DNA of 64,000 nucleotides. It comes from Marsupella aquatica. Lineage: Eukaryota > Plantae > Marchantiophyta. The notes under the pieces were generated by a model. It did not search any database and had not been told where the DNA came from. It saw only the letters and a program-made list of their open reading frames with translations. The DNA lies in NCBI GenBank assembly GCA_973895155.1, contig OZ316899.1, positions 15,465,974-15,529,973 on the forward strand, written 5' to 3'. The translations under genes and the position numbers were made by a program. Shown piece after piece: positions 1-12,600 of the stretch (positions within the stretch are counted from its first letter, which is position 1; the number at the start of each line of letters is the position of its first letter).

Positions 1-3000
1 AACGGGCAACTGAGTACATTAAGACTTACGAGGATGAAGAATCGGAGAGAGTAGCTCGAGAATGGCAGGAGCTTGCTTGACTATGGGAGCTGCAAAAGTC
101 TGCCTTCTTAGGAGGAGAACTCATCAAGGCCGAGTTCTTGTGGACTCCTACTGCCAATCAGCTCGATGACCTTCTATTTTGCGAAGATAGAATCATCGGC
201 ATTCGGGAAGCCATCAACCGCACTGGGAGTTGAAGGGTAGCACGGAGGGGTGGACAAAGGCAACTGTGCTAGGAGAAACATCCACGGCAGCCGAGATGAA
301 GAGGAAAGGAAACAACAACGAAGAGGCCACCCCGGCAAAAAGAACGAGGTCGGCGGCACCAAGGAAGCCAGCAGAGCAGCAAAACAGGAGGCAGGGAGAA
401 GCCAAAGAGGAGGAGGTCGATCCCATCAATGCCATTCCAACAAAGGATGACACCTGGAAAGGTTGGGCGGCGACCCTACCAGAGGAAGTGCAATTACAAT
501 TTGCACAGGAGGAGGATGCATGCTTTACGGCCATGCAGACCAACAAGTAGCAGGGCTTCATGGTCGGATCTGGCTTGGAAGCCTTCATAAGATTACCATG
601 GCTGAAGCCGGAGGTGCCGGACTCAGACTTATTAGAATTCGTGGGATCATGGGAACCCGAGACCAATTCCACGAGGGTGTATGCGAAGGATTTCTATCTC
701 ACTCCCCGGGTGATTACCGAGGTGTTTGGCTTGCCGATGGGTAATAAGACCAAGGTTGATACCAGGAAGACCTTACCTGACAAGGAGTTCCGGTCATTCC
801 CAGGACCATCAACGAAGAATGGCTTCTTCCGGAACACCTGCACCAACCCGCACATCGGAGAGATGATCGATTTCTTGCGGGTGACCATGCATTGTAACTT
901 GCCGAGGGCAGAGATCGGCAAGGCTCAGGTCTACCTGGCAGAAAGGCCAGACCCAAGCCGAGATTACAACGGGTACCTCCGCAACCAACTGAAGAAGATC
1001 TTGAAGGAGGAATAGCAAGTGATCGGCGTGGGAAGCATGTCCCGGCTTGGCTATCACATGCCGCTGTTGTGCCGGTATGCCAGAAGTCAAATCTTTGCCC
1101 CAGTACTTCCCCTATCGGCAAGGGCACCGGACGAGGTTCCGGAGCAGAGGCCGGCAACAATAGAGCCCAACCAGCCTGCTAGTCCTACGATCGAGCAGGT
1201 GTTTCGACCAAGGAAAGAAAACTTGCCGATGCAGCAATCAGGCATGCAGAATCTGCTGAAATTGTTGGAGAAGGAGAGAATGGCACCGGCAACGGCACCG
1301 GTACAGGACACTGCCCCAGAGGCCGGCTTAAGCCGACTTAGGAGGGAAATCCTCTTTACCGGAGCCAACGAGAGAAGGAGGCCGGAACACAAGCCGGGAG
1401 TTCAAATGTATGTGGGAGCTTCAAGCCCCGAATCGGAGGCAGAGCAGCCTTAGGCTCCTTCCTGCGGAAAGCAGAGGGAGAGGACGGCCTGGAAACCAGA
1501 GGAGAAACAAGAGCCCGTGATCTGTGAGGCCGTTTTCATGGCAAGACCAGGGGAACAGAGGGGGAAGCCGGGAGTCCAAGCAATGGAGGAGGCGGTGGAG
1601 GACTACAACAATGATAACTCCGGCTATGGGTCGGATCATCATGTTCCAGGAGTAAGGAACTGTGGCCGATTTATCCCCACGCTTCCAAGAGTAGTTCGAG
1701 GGGACCCCACCCAGCAGAGTAGCCCCGAGTCTCCCCCACCAGAGGTTGCTCCCCCGAGCTTTGACGGCATAAAGCAGACGGCACAAGAATTTCAGGAGCG
1801 ACTTAGGGAGGAAGAGAAAGCAGCCCTGGCTAGGGAGAAAGATTTACCAGGAGGAGATTGGCCGGAGGACATCAGGCGGCTTGCCAAAAAATGAAGCAAC
1901 CCTCTTGCCACCGTAGAAGAAATCCGCAAGGCGGCTTGGGAACAGAGGCCGAGGTGGTTGATGCCGATGACTTCTACTTACTCCACCTATGCTAAAGATA
2001 GAGCCATGGAGTACGGGGAGATGTGTGGGGACCTGGCGCTCAGCATCTTTGGGGAGGAGTTGGAGCAGGGACCTTTTTTCCAGAGGGAGATGTTGGAGAA
2101 GCACCGATTAGAAGAAGCGGTGGCTTTGGAGAGAAGCAAGAAGGACGAGGTCATCCGGCGGCTTAGGGAGATGGAAACCGAGGTGGAAGACCTGCAGGCG
2201 GCTAAGAAAGCCCAAGATGAGCTGCGGATTAAGCGGCATGAGCTGAACATCATGCAAGGACAATTGGATGCCGCTGAGTCTGGCAATCAGATTATCAAGG
2301 ATAAACTGACTCGGACCCAAGGAGAGTTGGCCAGCGTGGTCAAGGACAGGGAAAAGTGGAAGCAGGAGCTGAGGGACGCAGAGGAGGCCCACATAACCGC
2401 CAACAACCGGGCCATGGCGGAGACTCAGAGAAGGGAGAGGGCGTTGAAAGGAGAGCTCGAGGATATCCGCGGAGCCCTTGAGTAGAAGGAGGCCGAGTTA
2501 GGGAAATCCTATCAAGGGATTATTGCGCTACAGCAGGAGCTTGCGTCCCTGACGGCCAGCTTCAAGGCCGACCTGCATGAGAAGGACGACCAGCTCGACC
2601 AGACTTATGCCAAGATGAATAAGATGGAGTCTGAGGTCGTAGCGGAGCTCGACAAGGAGCTAAGAGCAACCCAAGAGGAGAGGGCTACCTTAAAATTGGA
2701 ATTGGAAGAAGCCAGAAAGGAGCTGCAGGAGGGACAGAAGGACCTAGAGGAAGCCCAGGAGGAGTTGGAGGAAACCACCAGGAAGATGGAGAACTTACAG
2801 CGGCGAGCCGACAACCAAACGGAGCGGTTGAAGAAACAGGCCACAGTATTTAAGTGCTTAGCTTCATCTGGTCCAACTCCAATTGTGGGAACTCCGTTAC
2901 CAGGAGGGGTACTGGCTGAAAGACAAGCCGAGACACACGCCTCGGTGCTGGAGGTAGGTAGCAAGGGGAAGGGACCAGCTACCGAAACAGGGAAGAAAAA

Positions 3001-3367
3001 GAAGCGGAAACCTTCTGGGTTTGGGAGTTATACGGCTTGTGACCCAGGAGGTCAACCCGGCACCAACCTCCGGCATGATTACGGTAGTAGATCCACCTGT
3101 TGAAGAAGGTGGGGATGGCAAGGCCGAGGCCGGGACAGCTATTGATGAAGCCGAGGTACCGGATCCTCCACTAGAACATGCCGAGAAGGCCGAAGCCGTA
3201 TCGAAGGCCATGACCGATGCTGGGGCCGAAGCCGAGGGTGGACCCAGTCAAGCCGATGAAGAGTTGACTCGGTCCGCGGCAGGTAATCTGTCAGAGGATG
3301 GACCGACGGCAGTGGCTGCGGGGAAGCGTTGGGGGCGTCCATTGAGGATCCGCCACCGGTGTCGTGA
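1..3367 (+). pseudogene. LTR-encoded ORF of family A (conserved globular domain + long coiled coil), disrupted
   Basis: ORF pieces 230-550, 560-1015, 1019-1453, 1517-1894, 1958-2485 and 2615-3103 are in one frame, separated by point stops. They match the ORFs of the other three copies. Confidence 0.8.
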
Positions 3368-4269
3368 CGGTGCAAGGGCGCCGTTCCTTTAACGAAGGGT
3401 GGACGTGGAGGTAGGAGGCGTGAGTGGGCAGGGCGGGCTCAGATCTCCAAGTTTAGGATTAGGATCAAGACCAGGAGACGGCCCTGACACTTAGATTAGT
3501 GGGATGGCGGATCCACTAGTAGGAGCAACACTTGTGCTCCTGCCTCACTGTACAATTAGGTAGATTATAGGTAGGATAGATTAAGCTTACGCAGTGAAGT
3601 TCTGGACAGATCCGCTGCCAGGATAAATACCTGGGCAGCGGGGAGTCCAGGGCCTCTTCTTTAGCAAATTTTTAGTTGCACCAGCAGGGCTGGGATCAAG
3701 TAGTAAGAGAAGCTCTCGGTTAGTTATACAGTGACCCTTGTGTATATTCATGTTTCCTCATGCCTAAGAACTGAATAGAGTTGGCCTTACGACTTAGTTC
3801 GCAGAGCTTGTGTATGAGATGTACTGTTTGTATGGCAAGTGCATGGTATAACTCAGTCAGAAGGAGTCATTTTGCTATTTGTGCGTCGCATTAACTTGTG
3901 TGAAGAGTGCCCACATCAATGAAGGGAAGTAGCAAGGGAGTGAGAGTTGGATGTGTCGAGCTGAGAGAGGTCTTAGCGGCTTAACCAAGCCAATTGGGGA
4001 TCATTTCGGCGGCGGAATCCAAACATACCTAATGGAAGACCAGGAGAGGAATACAAGGGAGGGCCTAGAATAGGCCGACTAAGTATCTCATGATTCGATG
4101 AAGGATCTGTCCAATATATGTGTGTAAAATGTTAATAGTAGTTGAAGCAGAGTTAGCAGCGTCCCATGCCGCTAAGCCGCGGAAATGGCCTCGCCACGGA
4201 CAAAACCTGTGGGAATCGGCTTGAGCAAGGGAGTTTTCTTGGGTTTGGGGAGCCATGGGACGCACCACA
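1..4269 (+). mobile_element. Giant LTR, family A, copy 1 (5' end outside window; solo or 3' LTR)
   Basis: Colinear with copies at 33061, 36376(-) and 51601. Ends in the same terminus ...GGGACGCACCACA at 4269. No PBS follows; it abuts a transposase ORF. Confidence 0.85.
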
Positions 4270-4798
4270 GGGGACAAGGTTGAAATGTTCATCTTTGGGT
4301 GTTGTGTAGCCCTTGGAGTTGTTTTCAATACAAATCCAATGGACAGATGTCACAACATTTTTCTTGGTGAATCACGGATCAATGTGAGGGTCACTGATGT
4401 CATTCATGGGAGAAGGGTTTTACCTTACAAACATAGTGGGGCTGAAACAATTGACGAGGCAAAAGACTCATGGGTTCTCTGGGATGTGGCGGATGTCCGA
4501 AGTAGAAAGAGTTGCTCAAAGAAGGATGCAGGTGACAATATTGACATAGAGCAAAGTTTTGTTGTGGAGTCTCCGTCAGCTGAAATTTCTAAAAACTAAT
4601 TGTGACTATTTCCAACGGTCAAATTGGATATCAGAGTTGGTCGAACCAATAGCCCTGGTTGCCACAAGGACTATCACAGTGCCTCAACAAACAGCAGCGG
4701 TTGATGACAAAATCCTTGGCGAGGACCATGTCGGGATTGCTGTGAAAGATGTGGTGGAATCATAATACTTTCCCAACATCCATAGGGGAGTAATTACT

Positions 4799-5704
4799 TT
4801 GGTTCGATGGCGAATTGATTCAACAAAACTACTTGCAAATGAGAAATTTTTGTCGGACATTTTGGTTGAAGGTTCAAAGAGGATGGAGTCAGTGGATAGG
4901 GATGATCTCTGTCCAAATATAAATGACAGAGAAATACCGCGCACAAGGCCATACAATTTCAACAAGAGGAGTCATGTAGATCTGATTGAAAAGAAGAGAA
5001 GGTTGTTGGAAACCAAGGCAGTTTCAAAAACAACGGAAGGTTTGATTGATGAAATTAAAAGAGAGAATTGTTGCAAGCAAAAATGTTGTCTGACTATGCC
5101 AAGAGAAGACATAGAAGATATTCGGATAGAATTTCTCGGTATGTCTAGCGAGTCAAAAACATCACACATTTTCAACCTCTTCCACTATAGAGAAGATGAT
5201 GTTCGTGATAAGGGGCACCATGTTCTCAAGGGTATGGTCGTATGTAGACGTGCATTTGCAATTATCCATGGCTTTAGCCACAAAAAATATTATGATTACA
5301 AAAGGAGATACGTGGAAGGTTGCAAAATTGGGTTCCATGGAAACACAGGCTCCATGAAAACAAGGTCAAATACCTTGCATGCACGAGCTCTATTGGAGGA
5401 TTTTTTGACTCGAAATGCGGAGCCCATGCCTCATATACCTTATGCTGGGGCTCATGGAACAGACTCCATTGAGTATCGTCTTCCAGCGTGTTACAAGAAG
5501 TTGGAGATTCTGGAAGATGTGAGAACAAAGATGAAGGAAGAGGGGCTTCCTCCAGTTAGAGAGAATACTCTGTACAAGATTTGGAGCAAATCATTTCCAA
5601 ACTTTAGTTTCCATAAAGATGGCGCATTTGCCAAGTGTACTCTTTGTTGTGAATACAAAGATAGTTTGATGCGAGAAAGAAGGAAAAAAATGTGCTCAAA
5701 TTGA
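4799..5704 (+). pseudogene. N-terminal/central part of Sola-like transposase (Cys-rich motifs CCKQKC, VCRRAF..IHG, FAKCTLC)
   Basis: 301-aa ORF; probable frameshift at the A-run near 5690 separates it from the catalytic ORF. Confidence 0.6.
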
Positions 5705-5768
5705 AGAAAAATGAGCGCAACATCTTCGTGAGCAAATGTCATGTAGATATGTTTATTATCCTCATTGA

Positions 5769-7532
5769 GTGATGGCCAAACAACACCCAGGAGAATATCT
5801 TTGCATCATTCATGACAAGATGGATCAAGCAAAGATGTGGATTCCAAAAATGGTCAGTACTCCTAAATCGCTTTCAGGTCATGGAATGCCACTACCTATT
5901 GCTCTCACAGGGATGTTGACCCATGGAAGGGATCCAAGAGTTTATGCACACTTTAGTGTCACTGGCCTTTGGCCAGGAGATGCCGATTTCACGATGACAT
6001 CCTTGGCTAAGTGTCTTCGAGACCTTGAGGAGTACAATGGAGACAAGACAGGTGACATGTTGGATGGCCTTTATTTGGAACCTCATAGACCTTTCTTTCA
6101 AGCCCTTCTTGACTTTGATGCATTTTTTAAGGGATATTTGGAACCAAAGAGTATTCCAATGAATAGGTATATTGGTTCTGAAGATGCAGTCAAAAGTCAG
6201 ACGGAGATGGTCTCCACCCAACATGGTGAGGATCAAGGAGGGGACATGCATGGGGAACAAGGCAGTCCAACTTTCAAGCCCTTGCCAAGGCACCTACCAT
6301 TGCAAATGGATAATTCAGCAAAGGATAACAAAAACCAGACTGTCATGGCATTTTGTAGTGAGCTTGTGAGTAGAGGAGTATTTGAAACTGTTCAAATGTC
6401 TTTTCTAATGGTTGGTCATACGCACAAAGATGTCGATGCACTCTTTTCGAAGGTATCATATCAAGTTCAGCACAAGGAAGTTGCAACTCTCCTTGCTCTT
6501 ATGGCAGAGGTTTGGGAATGTGAGAGCATTCATCCAGTTCCCAGATTGATACAAGAAGTTGCATCTTACAAAGAATATCTTCAAACTTTCAAGGTTAAAG
6601 ATATTCAAGGTCACTCAAAACCCGTATCATTTCTTTTCTCTATGAGAGATAATGTACCAATATTTCAGTATAAGTCTCATGTAAAGCAGGCTTGGGCTCC
6701 AGTTGGTGGAAGGTGCATTTGGGCAACAGATCTGACAACAAATTCTCTTCTTTTACCTAGTGGAGAGCCCTTAGCTAAATCCATTGGAGAGATACACAAA
6801 AAATCTGAAGAGATTATCCCATTTCTTAACAAGTACCTTGATTTTTTGAGAAAGAGTTGCACTGATGAGACATCTATAGCATATAAGGAAAGATTTCCTC
6901 TTATGAAATATTGGGAGAGAATTGTGGAGTTGTTGACAGATGGGCTCGCACTAGAAGGGGAGGGAAATAATCAATTTCCCTTGAAAAATGAGTTTTGGCC
7001 TAAGACTAACCACGGCACTGGTTACAAGGTCAACCAACCAAAACAAAGTGGTCCTCCAAGTGAAGATGAGGACAATGCAGAGATGACAGCTCTTCAAAAT
7101 GAGGTCTTGGAAGAGATGGAAGATCAAGCAGCACCATTTGTTGGATCTCGAGCTGAGAGAGAACAAGGACGGTGGATTCCCCTACAGGATATTCGTGAAG
7201 GGAACTTTGTATTTCTTCGACCCGAGGATGACTCGGACAAGAAAAATGGTGGAGGGCATTTCTGGTTGGTGAGAGCTTTGGGTTTAGTGGACCCTAAGCA
7301 TGAAGTCCCAACTACTGCTTCAACAAACCCTCCTCTGCCTCAACAATATGCTCCAATGTTTCTAGTTGAATGGTGGAGGCCTAAACACTCTAAACTTGAT
7401 GTGACTGAGAGTGCACGGTATCTAAACTGTTTCATGTCCACTAAGACATGGGAACGCGATCCAGGGTTTGGTGAGAACACTCAACATTGGCAGTATGCAA
7501 ATTCTGCAATGTATGGTTTTAATCTGGAATGA
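5769..7532 (+). CDS. Sola-like DDD transposase catalytic region (DUF7869-type)
   Basis: Motifs IIHDKMDQ, LQMDNSAKDNKN and SFLMVGHTHKDVDALFS are typical of Sola1/DUF7869-type transposases. Confidence 0.7.
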   Translation: MMAKQHPGEYLCIIHDKMDQAKMWIPKMVSTPKSLSGHGMPLPIALTGMLTHGRDPRVYAHFSVTGLWPGDADFTMTSLAKCLRDLEEYNGDKTGDMLDGLYLEPHRPFFQALLDFDAFFKGYLEPKSIPMNRYIGSEDAVKSQTEMVSTQHGEDQGGDMHGEQGSPTFKPLPRHLPLQMDNSAKDNKNQTVMAFCSELVSRGVFETVQMSFLMVGHTHKDVDALFSKVSYQVQHKEVATLLALMAEVWECESIHPVPRLIQEVASYKEYLQTFKVKDIQGHSKPVSFLFSMRDNVPIFQYKSHVKQAWAPVGGRCIWATDLTTNSLLLPSGEPLAKSIGEIHKKSEEIIPFLNKYLDFLRKSCTDETSIAYKERFPLMKYWERIVELLTDGLALEGEGNNQFPLKNEFWPKTNHGTGYKVNQPKQSGPPSEDEDNAEMTALQNEVLEEMEDQAAPFVGSRAEREQGRWIPLQDIREGNFVFLRPEDDSDKKNGGGHFWLVRALGLVDPKHEVPTTASTNPPLPQQYAPMFLVEWWRPKHSKLDVTESARYLNCFMSTKTWERDPGFGENTQHWQYANSAMYGFNLE

Positions 7533-7897
7533 AAGAAGAAAACATGGCGGGCAAAGGTTTGAAGATTCCTCGAAATGTTCTACCAACTGTCCAAAGTTAT
7601 CTCCAAAGGATGGACAAGTAGACTTAGCTGTTACTAGTGAACTCAAGGTATAATTAGATAGTTTATTAGTTTTTATGTAAGATAGTCACTCATTCTAACA
7701 TAGTAAGTTACGTACTAGTTATTTACTCTTCTAATAGTTTTAATGTGAGACCATGCCATTGAGTGTTAGTTATATTATCTTCTCATTTTCTAAAGGTTTG
7801 ATCATTATGAATATGAATGTTTGTTTTTTTTGCATAAATAAAAATATTTTTCTATTCATTCCTTTCTTTTAAATGATTATAATAAGAGTTGCTAGGA

Positions 7898-8269
7898 AAA
7901 TGTACACTTTTTAGGCCAAATGTACACTTTGTTGCACTCAAAGCTACACTTTCTAGACCAAATACACATAAATGTACACTTCTAAAGCCAAATGTATGCA
8001 TTTTTCACTCAATTGTACACTTTTAGGCCAAATATATTCAAATGTACACATTTTAAGCCAAATGTACCTATTTTGATGCTCAAATATACACTTTTCATTG
8101 CCAAAATGTACACTCTTTAGGCCAATTGTACATATTTATATCCCCAAATGTACACTTTTCATTGGCCAAATGTACACTTTTTCAAGCCCAAAAGTACACT
8201 TTTCATTGCCCAAATGTACATAAATCAAATAATAATACACTTTTAATGAATAGGCTGATGTACATTCTC
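7898..8269. repeat. Subterminal array of ~18 degenerate AAATGTACAC(TTTT) motifs
   Basis: Directly visible, spaced roughly 10-23 bp apart, with a palindromic TGTACA core. Confidence 0.85.
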
Positions 8270-8432
8270 ATGTTTTCGCATTGCTGCCTAGTCTGAGCTG
8301 ACGGTTTCCAACAGTCTGACGTCCATGGCATAGCAATAACCATATTGCAACCCATATATAGATCTGGTTCAAGTAGAATTGATTTTTCTCCTCTGGTGTC
8401 AAGACTACCAAAAGAAAAGTGTATTGGGCAAG

Positions 8433-8571
8433 TGTTATACCCTAATTATGATTGGGTATACTAACTATAGTTGGAACCCATGGTTAACTCCAACCAGAGT
8501 TACCATATGTATATATTCTCTCCTTGAAATAGAAGATCATATCATTGTTGGTGTATTTTTAGTTTGTAACA
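8433..8571 (+). repeat. 5' LTR of Bianca-1
   Basis: TGTTATAC...TGTAACA, repeated at 14133-14271. Confidence 0.95.
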
Positions 8572-8585
8572 CGTTATCAGCACGA
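8572..8585 (+). promoter_or_regulatory. Primer-binding site (Bianca-type CGTTATCAGCACGA)
   Basis: Immediately 3' of the LTR; identical motif at 16750. Confidence 0.8.
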
Positions 8586-8803
8586 ATGTGCTCTTAATTT
8601 TTTTTTAGGGGGTCGTTCAATCTTTAGGCAGTTATACTTGACAGTTATCGAATTTGTCAACTTTTGGGCATCTGATGCATGCCTTTTTCTTTAAGAAAAC
8701 ATCGAGTAACAATGAGGGATGATTACCAATAGCATTCCTTATTCAATAGAACTTTTTTTTTTGCACCACAATTCAGACTCAATTAGACATTTTTGATCTC
8801 AAG

Positions 8804-9610
8804 ATGACATCGAATTCCATTGAGAAACTTCTATTCCCAGCCTTGCAGATTGATGGCAAGAATTACAACGATTGGTATATAGATGTAGAGGTCCATCTCA
8901 CTGCAAAACGAATTGATGAGGCCATACACACAGATGCCGGTATAGACCAATACACCAAGGCACAAGCCTTAGTACTACTCCGACATCACTTAGTAGATCC
9001 TCTGAAACGTCAGTATAAGACTGTATACAATCCTCGATTACTCTGGAATGCATTGAAATTGAGATTCGAGCAAATCACTACGATCAATCTGCCTAATGCT
9101 CTACAGGCATGGGTTACTCTAAGAGTCCAAGATTTCAAATCAGTAGATTTATACAACAATGAGATGTTTAGGATCTCAAATGAACTCCAAATGTGTGGAG
9201 AACCAGTAAGTGATAAACAGCAAATTGAAAAGACATTAGCTACATTTCACCCGACTAACTTGGTGATTTCGAACCAGTACAGGAATATGGCTTTTACAAC
9301 ATACTCCGCGCTCATTGCCCACATGCTTTTAGCAGAACATAATTCCACCCTCCTTATGAATAATGCAAAGGAAAGACCTCCGGGGACACTTCCTGTACCA
9401 CCCATTACTGAAACCAACTTAGTCACGCAGGATATGAGAGGAGAAACATATATGAGAACTTCGAATGGACAAACATTAAGGGGGAGAGGTTCATACCGTG
9501 GTCGAGGAACAATTAGAGGAAGAGGAAATTTCTCTCAAAGAGGTGGATATAGTTCCAACTACAGAGGACGAGGTCGTGGAAGAATGAACAATGCGAATAG
9601 GAGCAACTAG
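8804..9610 (+). CDS. gag: Bianca-1 Gag
   Basis: Copia Gag with RG-rich tail; the zinc knuckle CFRCETKGH..VC follows in another frame. Confidence 0.85.
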   Translation: MTSNSIEKLLFPALQIDGKNYNDWYIDVEVHLTAKRIDEAIHTDAGIDQYTKAQALVLLRHHLVDPLKRQYKTVYNPRLLWNALKLRFEQITTINLPNALQAWVTLRVQDFKSVDLYNNEMFRISNELQMCGEPVSDKQQIEKTLATFHPTNLVISNQYRNMAFTTYSALIAHMLLAEHNSTLLMNNAKERPPGTLPVPPITETNLVTQDMRGETYMRTSNGQTLRGRGSYRGRGTIRGRGNFSQRGGYSSNYRGRGRGRMNNANRSN

Positions 9611-12600
9611 AAGAGTGGAAAAGCAGATTTCCAACAACCAAATCGGGAGCGACAACGAACCTCCTTCAGCAACAAACAACAAAACCCAATTACATGTTTC
9701 AGGTGCGAAACCAAAGGACACACCCTGAAGGTATGCCATGCACCTAGCCACCTCGTTCTACTTTGTAAGAAGAGCTTGAACGAATCAAAATTTGAAGCAC
9801 ATGGGGCTTATTTAGAGTCACCCGAGATTATACCAGAAATCCATATGCTGAATTCATCACTGAATATCGAGGACCCGGACTTCTGCATCTTCGACAGTGG
9901 TACAACCCATACTATCCTTTGAGATAATAAATATTTCCATGGAATTACCCCTTCAGAAAGGAAAATAACAACGATAATGGGACAACATCAAATTGAGGAG
10001 GGTCATGGCAACGCCACAGTAGTTCTCCCAGAAGGAACAATTATAAAAATCACATCTGCGATATATGCTCCCAAAGCAACGAGAAATCTACTTAGTTTTA
10101 AAGACATAAGAGCAAATAACCTACATATTCAAACAGATATTCAAGACTCACGAGAAGTTCTACAAATAGTATCTCACTCATCAAAAGGCAGACTTGTTAA
10201 AGAAACTTTACAAGCTTACCCTTTAGGATACTATGCAACTCGAACTCAATGCTACCATGTTCAGACTGAATCATAGAACCTCACAGAGATCTGGCATAGA
10301 CGATTGGGACATCCTGGAACAAGCATGTTCCACAGAATTGTCAATAACTCTAAAGGAGTATCAAAAGAAGTACATCCTAGAGCATTCAAAGGACCATGCC
10401 TTGCCTGCTCACAGGGCAAGATGATTACTACTCCCTCCAATTCCAAAACCGAAAACCACATACCTGCATTTCTTGAGAGACTTCATGCAGATGTTTGCGG
10501 ACCCATCGATCCTCCCAGTGGCCCATTTTGCTATTTTTTGGTTGTCATAGACGCAAGCTCCAAGTGGTCAAGGGTTTCCCTATTATCAACCCGGAACCTC
10601 GTTTTCTCTCGGATTTTGGCACACATTATACGGCTGAGAGCTCAATTCCCAGAATATCCAATTCGAACCCTCAGGACTGATGGAGCTGGAGAGTTTACAT
10701 CAAAAACTTTTGATGAATTTTGTCTCATCAACGGCATTGATTCAAAATGGTATGGCCGAGTCACTTATTAAACGTATACAACTGATCTCTCGACCTTTAT
10801 TAATGCAATCCTCTCTTCCAGCGACCGCATGGGGACACGCAGTCCTACATGCTGCGTCTCTCCTTTTATACAGACCATCAGCCTACAATAGCACTACACC
10901 TCATCAATTGGCATTTGGAAATTCTCCAGACATTTCACACTTGAGAATATTCGGATGTCAAGTCCTCGTACCCATCCTAGGTCCCAAACAGACAAAATTA
11001 GGACTTCAAAGAAGAAAAGGTATCTATGTGGGATTTGACTCTACATCGATCATCCGATACATGGAACCTACCACTACAGATATATTCAAAGCCCGCTTTA
11101 CTGATTGTCATTTTTATGAAACCATTTTTCCAACTTTAACATCACCAGAGGGAAAACAGAAAACATTACCAAATACATTCACCTGGCACGCTAGTCCTGA
11201 ACTATGTCCAGATCCACGCACAGAACAGGCTGAATTAGAAGTCAGAAGAATTATCCAACTCACAAAGATTATGGAAGTTATACCTGATTCATTCGCAGAT
11301 GCAGCGACTGTAACTAAATCTCATATACCAGCAACGAATACCCCATCCCGGATACAAATCGAACCTCAGTTAGCGTCTGATCAACAATTAAAATCAAAGA
11401 GAGGACGCCCTCTAGGGGCTGTTGACAAACAACTTAGACAAAGGCGAAAGCTTCCAACATCACCTGAAACAAGACCACAAGCTCATACTTATATTTCAAA
11501 ATCATATCACCCAGAGACAGCCATACATTATAATACCACTGGCCACATCTTAGATAGAACTCGAGTAATACCTGATGATCAATTTGCTTTTCATATATCA
11601 CAGGATATTACTAACTTACCTGACCCGAAATCTGTCAAAGAAGCACAAAATCAAACAGATTGGCCTAAATGGCAAATAGCAATGAACTCCGAGTTAGATT
11701 CTTTGATATCTAGAAAAGCATTTGGTCCTATAACCATTGCTTCTCCAGACCAACACCTTACAGGATACAGAATCATATTTAACAAAAAGAGGAATTCCCA
11801 AGGAGAAATTGTGAGGTATAAAGCTCGACTCGTTGCAAAAGGTTATACTCAAATCTATGGCACAGATTATGACCTAACATATTCTCCAGTCATGGATGTA
11901 ACTACTTACCGATACTTGATAGCATTTGCAATCCAGCACAAACTTCTCATGCATCAACTTGATGTGGTGACCGCTTACCTTTACAGTCAACTTGACACTG
12001 TGATATATATATGGAAGTTCCACCAGAGCTTATAGAGCGTGTCAATTTCCATGCAAATTCAAATCATGATGCAGATATGCATAGTAGCAAACATGCAAAT
12101 GAATTTGACTACATAAATAAGCTGGTACTTCACAATGCTTCTAAAGCAATTGCATTCCAGGAAACTCCTGGAAAATACAGTACAAAGACCAAAGCAACCG
12201 ATAGAAAGACTCGGTTAGCTATTCAGGTTCTTCGTTCACTTTACAGCCTAAAACAAAGTGGACGTACCTGGTACCAACGTTTTAAAACAGAGATGATATC
12301 CATGGAATACAAACATTCAGAGATTGCACCTTGTCTATTCATAAAGAATGAAGAGTCTGAATTCATCATAATTGCTATTTATGTTGATGACCTAAACTTG
12401 TTTGGTACCCACAAGATGATGCAAGAATCTATACAAACGCTTAAACGCGTATTTGAAATGAGGGATTTAGGAAGAACTTCCTACTGCATTGGACTTCAGT
12501 TTGAACATTTGAAGTCAGGCATTCTCCTGCATCAAGAGACTTACACACAAAAGGTGTTAAAACATTTCCGCATGGATTTGTTAAAAGTTGTGAAGTCCCC

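Larger units (their letters stand above)
4270..8269 (+). mobile_element. Sola-like (DDD) DNA transposon, left part interrupted by LTR A1
   Basis: Transposase ORFs followed by AT-rich 3' region and an array of subterminal AAATGTACAC repeats. The right terminus is approximate. Confidence 0.6.

Noticed and set aside
214-3375. Many antisense/overlapping ORFs recurring in all family A copies
   Set aside because: Shadow frames of the GC-rich sense ORF (Ser/Leu/Phe-rich antisense of a Glu/Lys-rich coiled coil). They recur only because the DNA is repeated.
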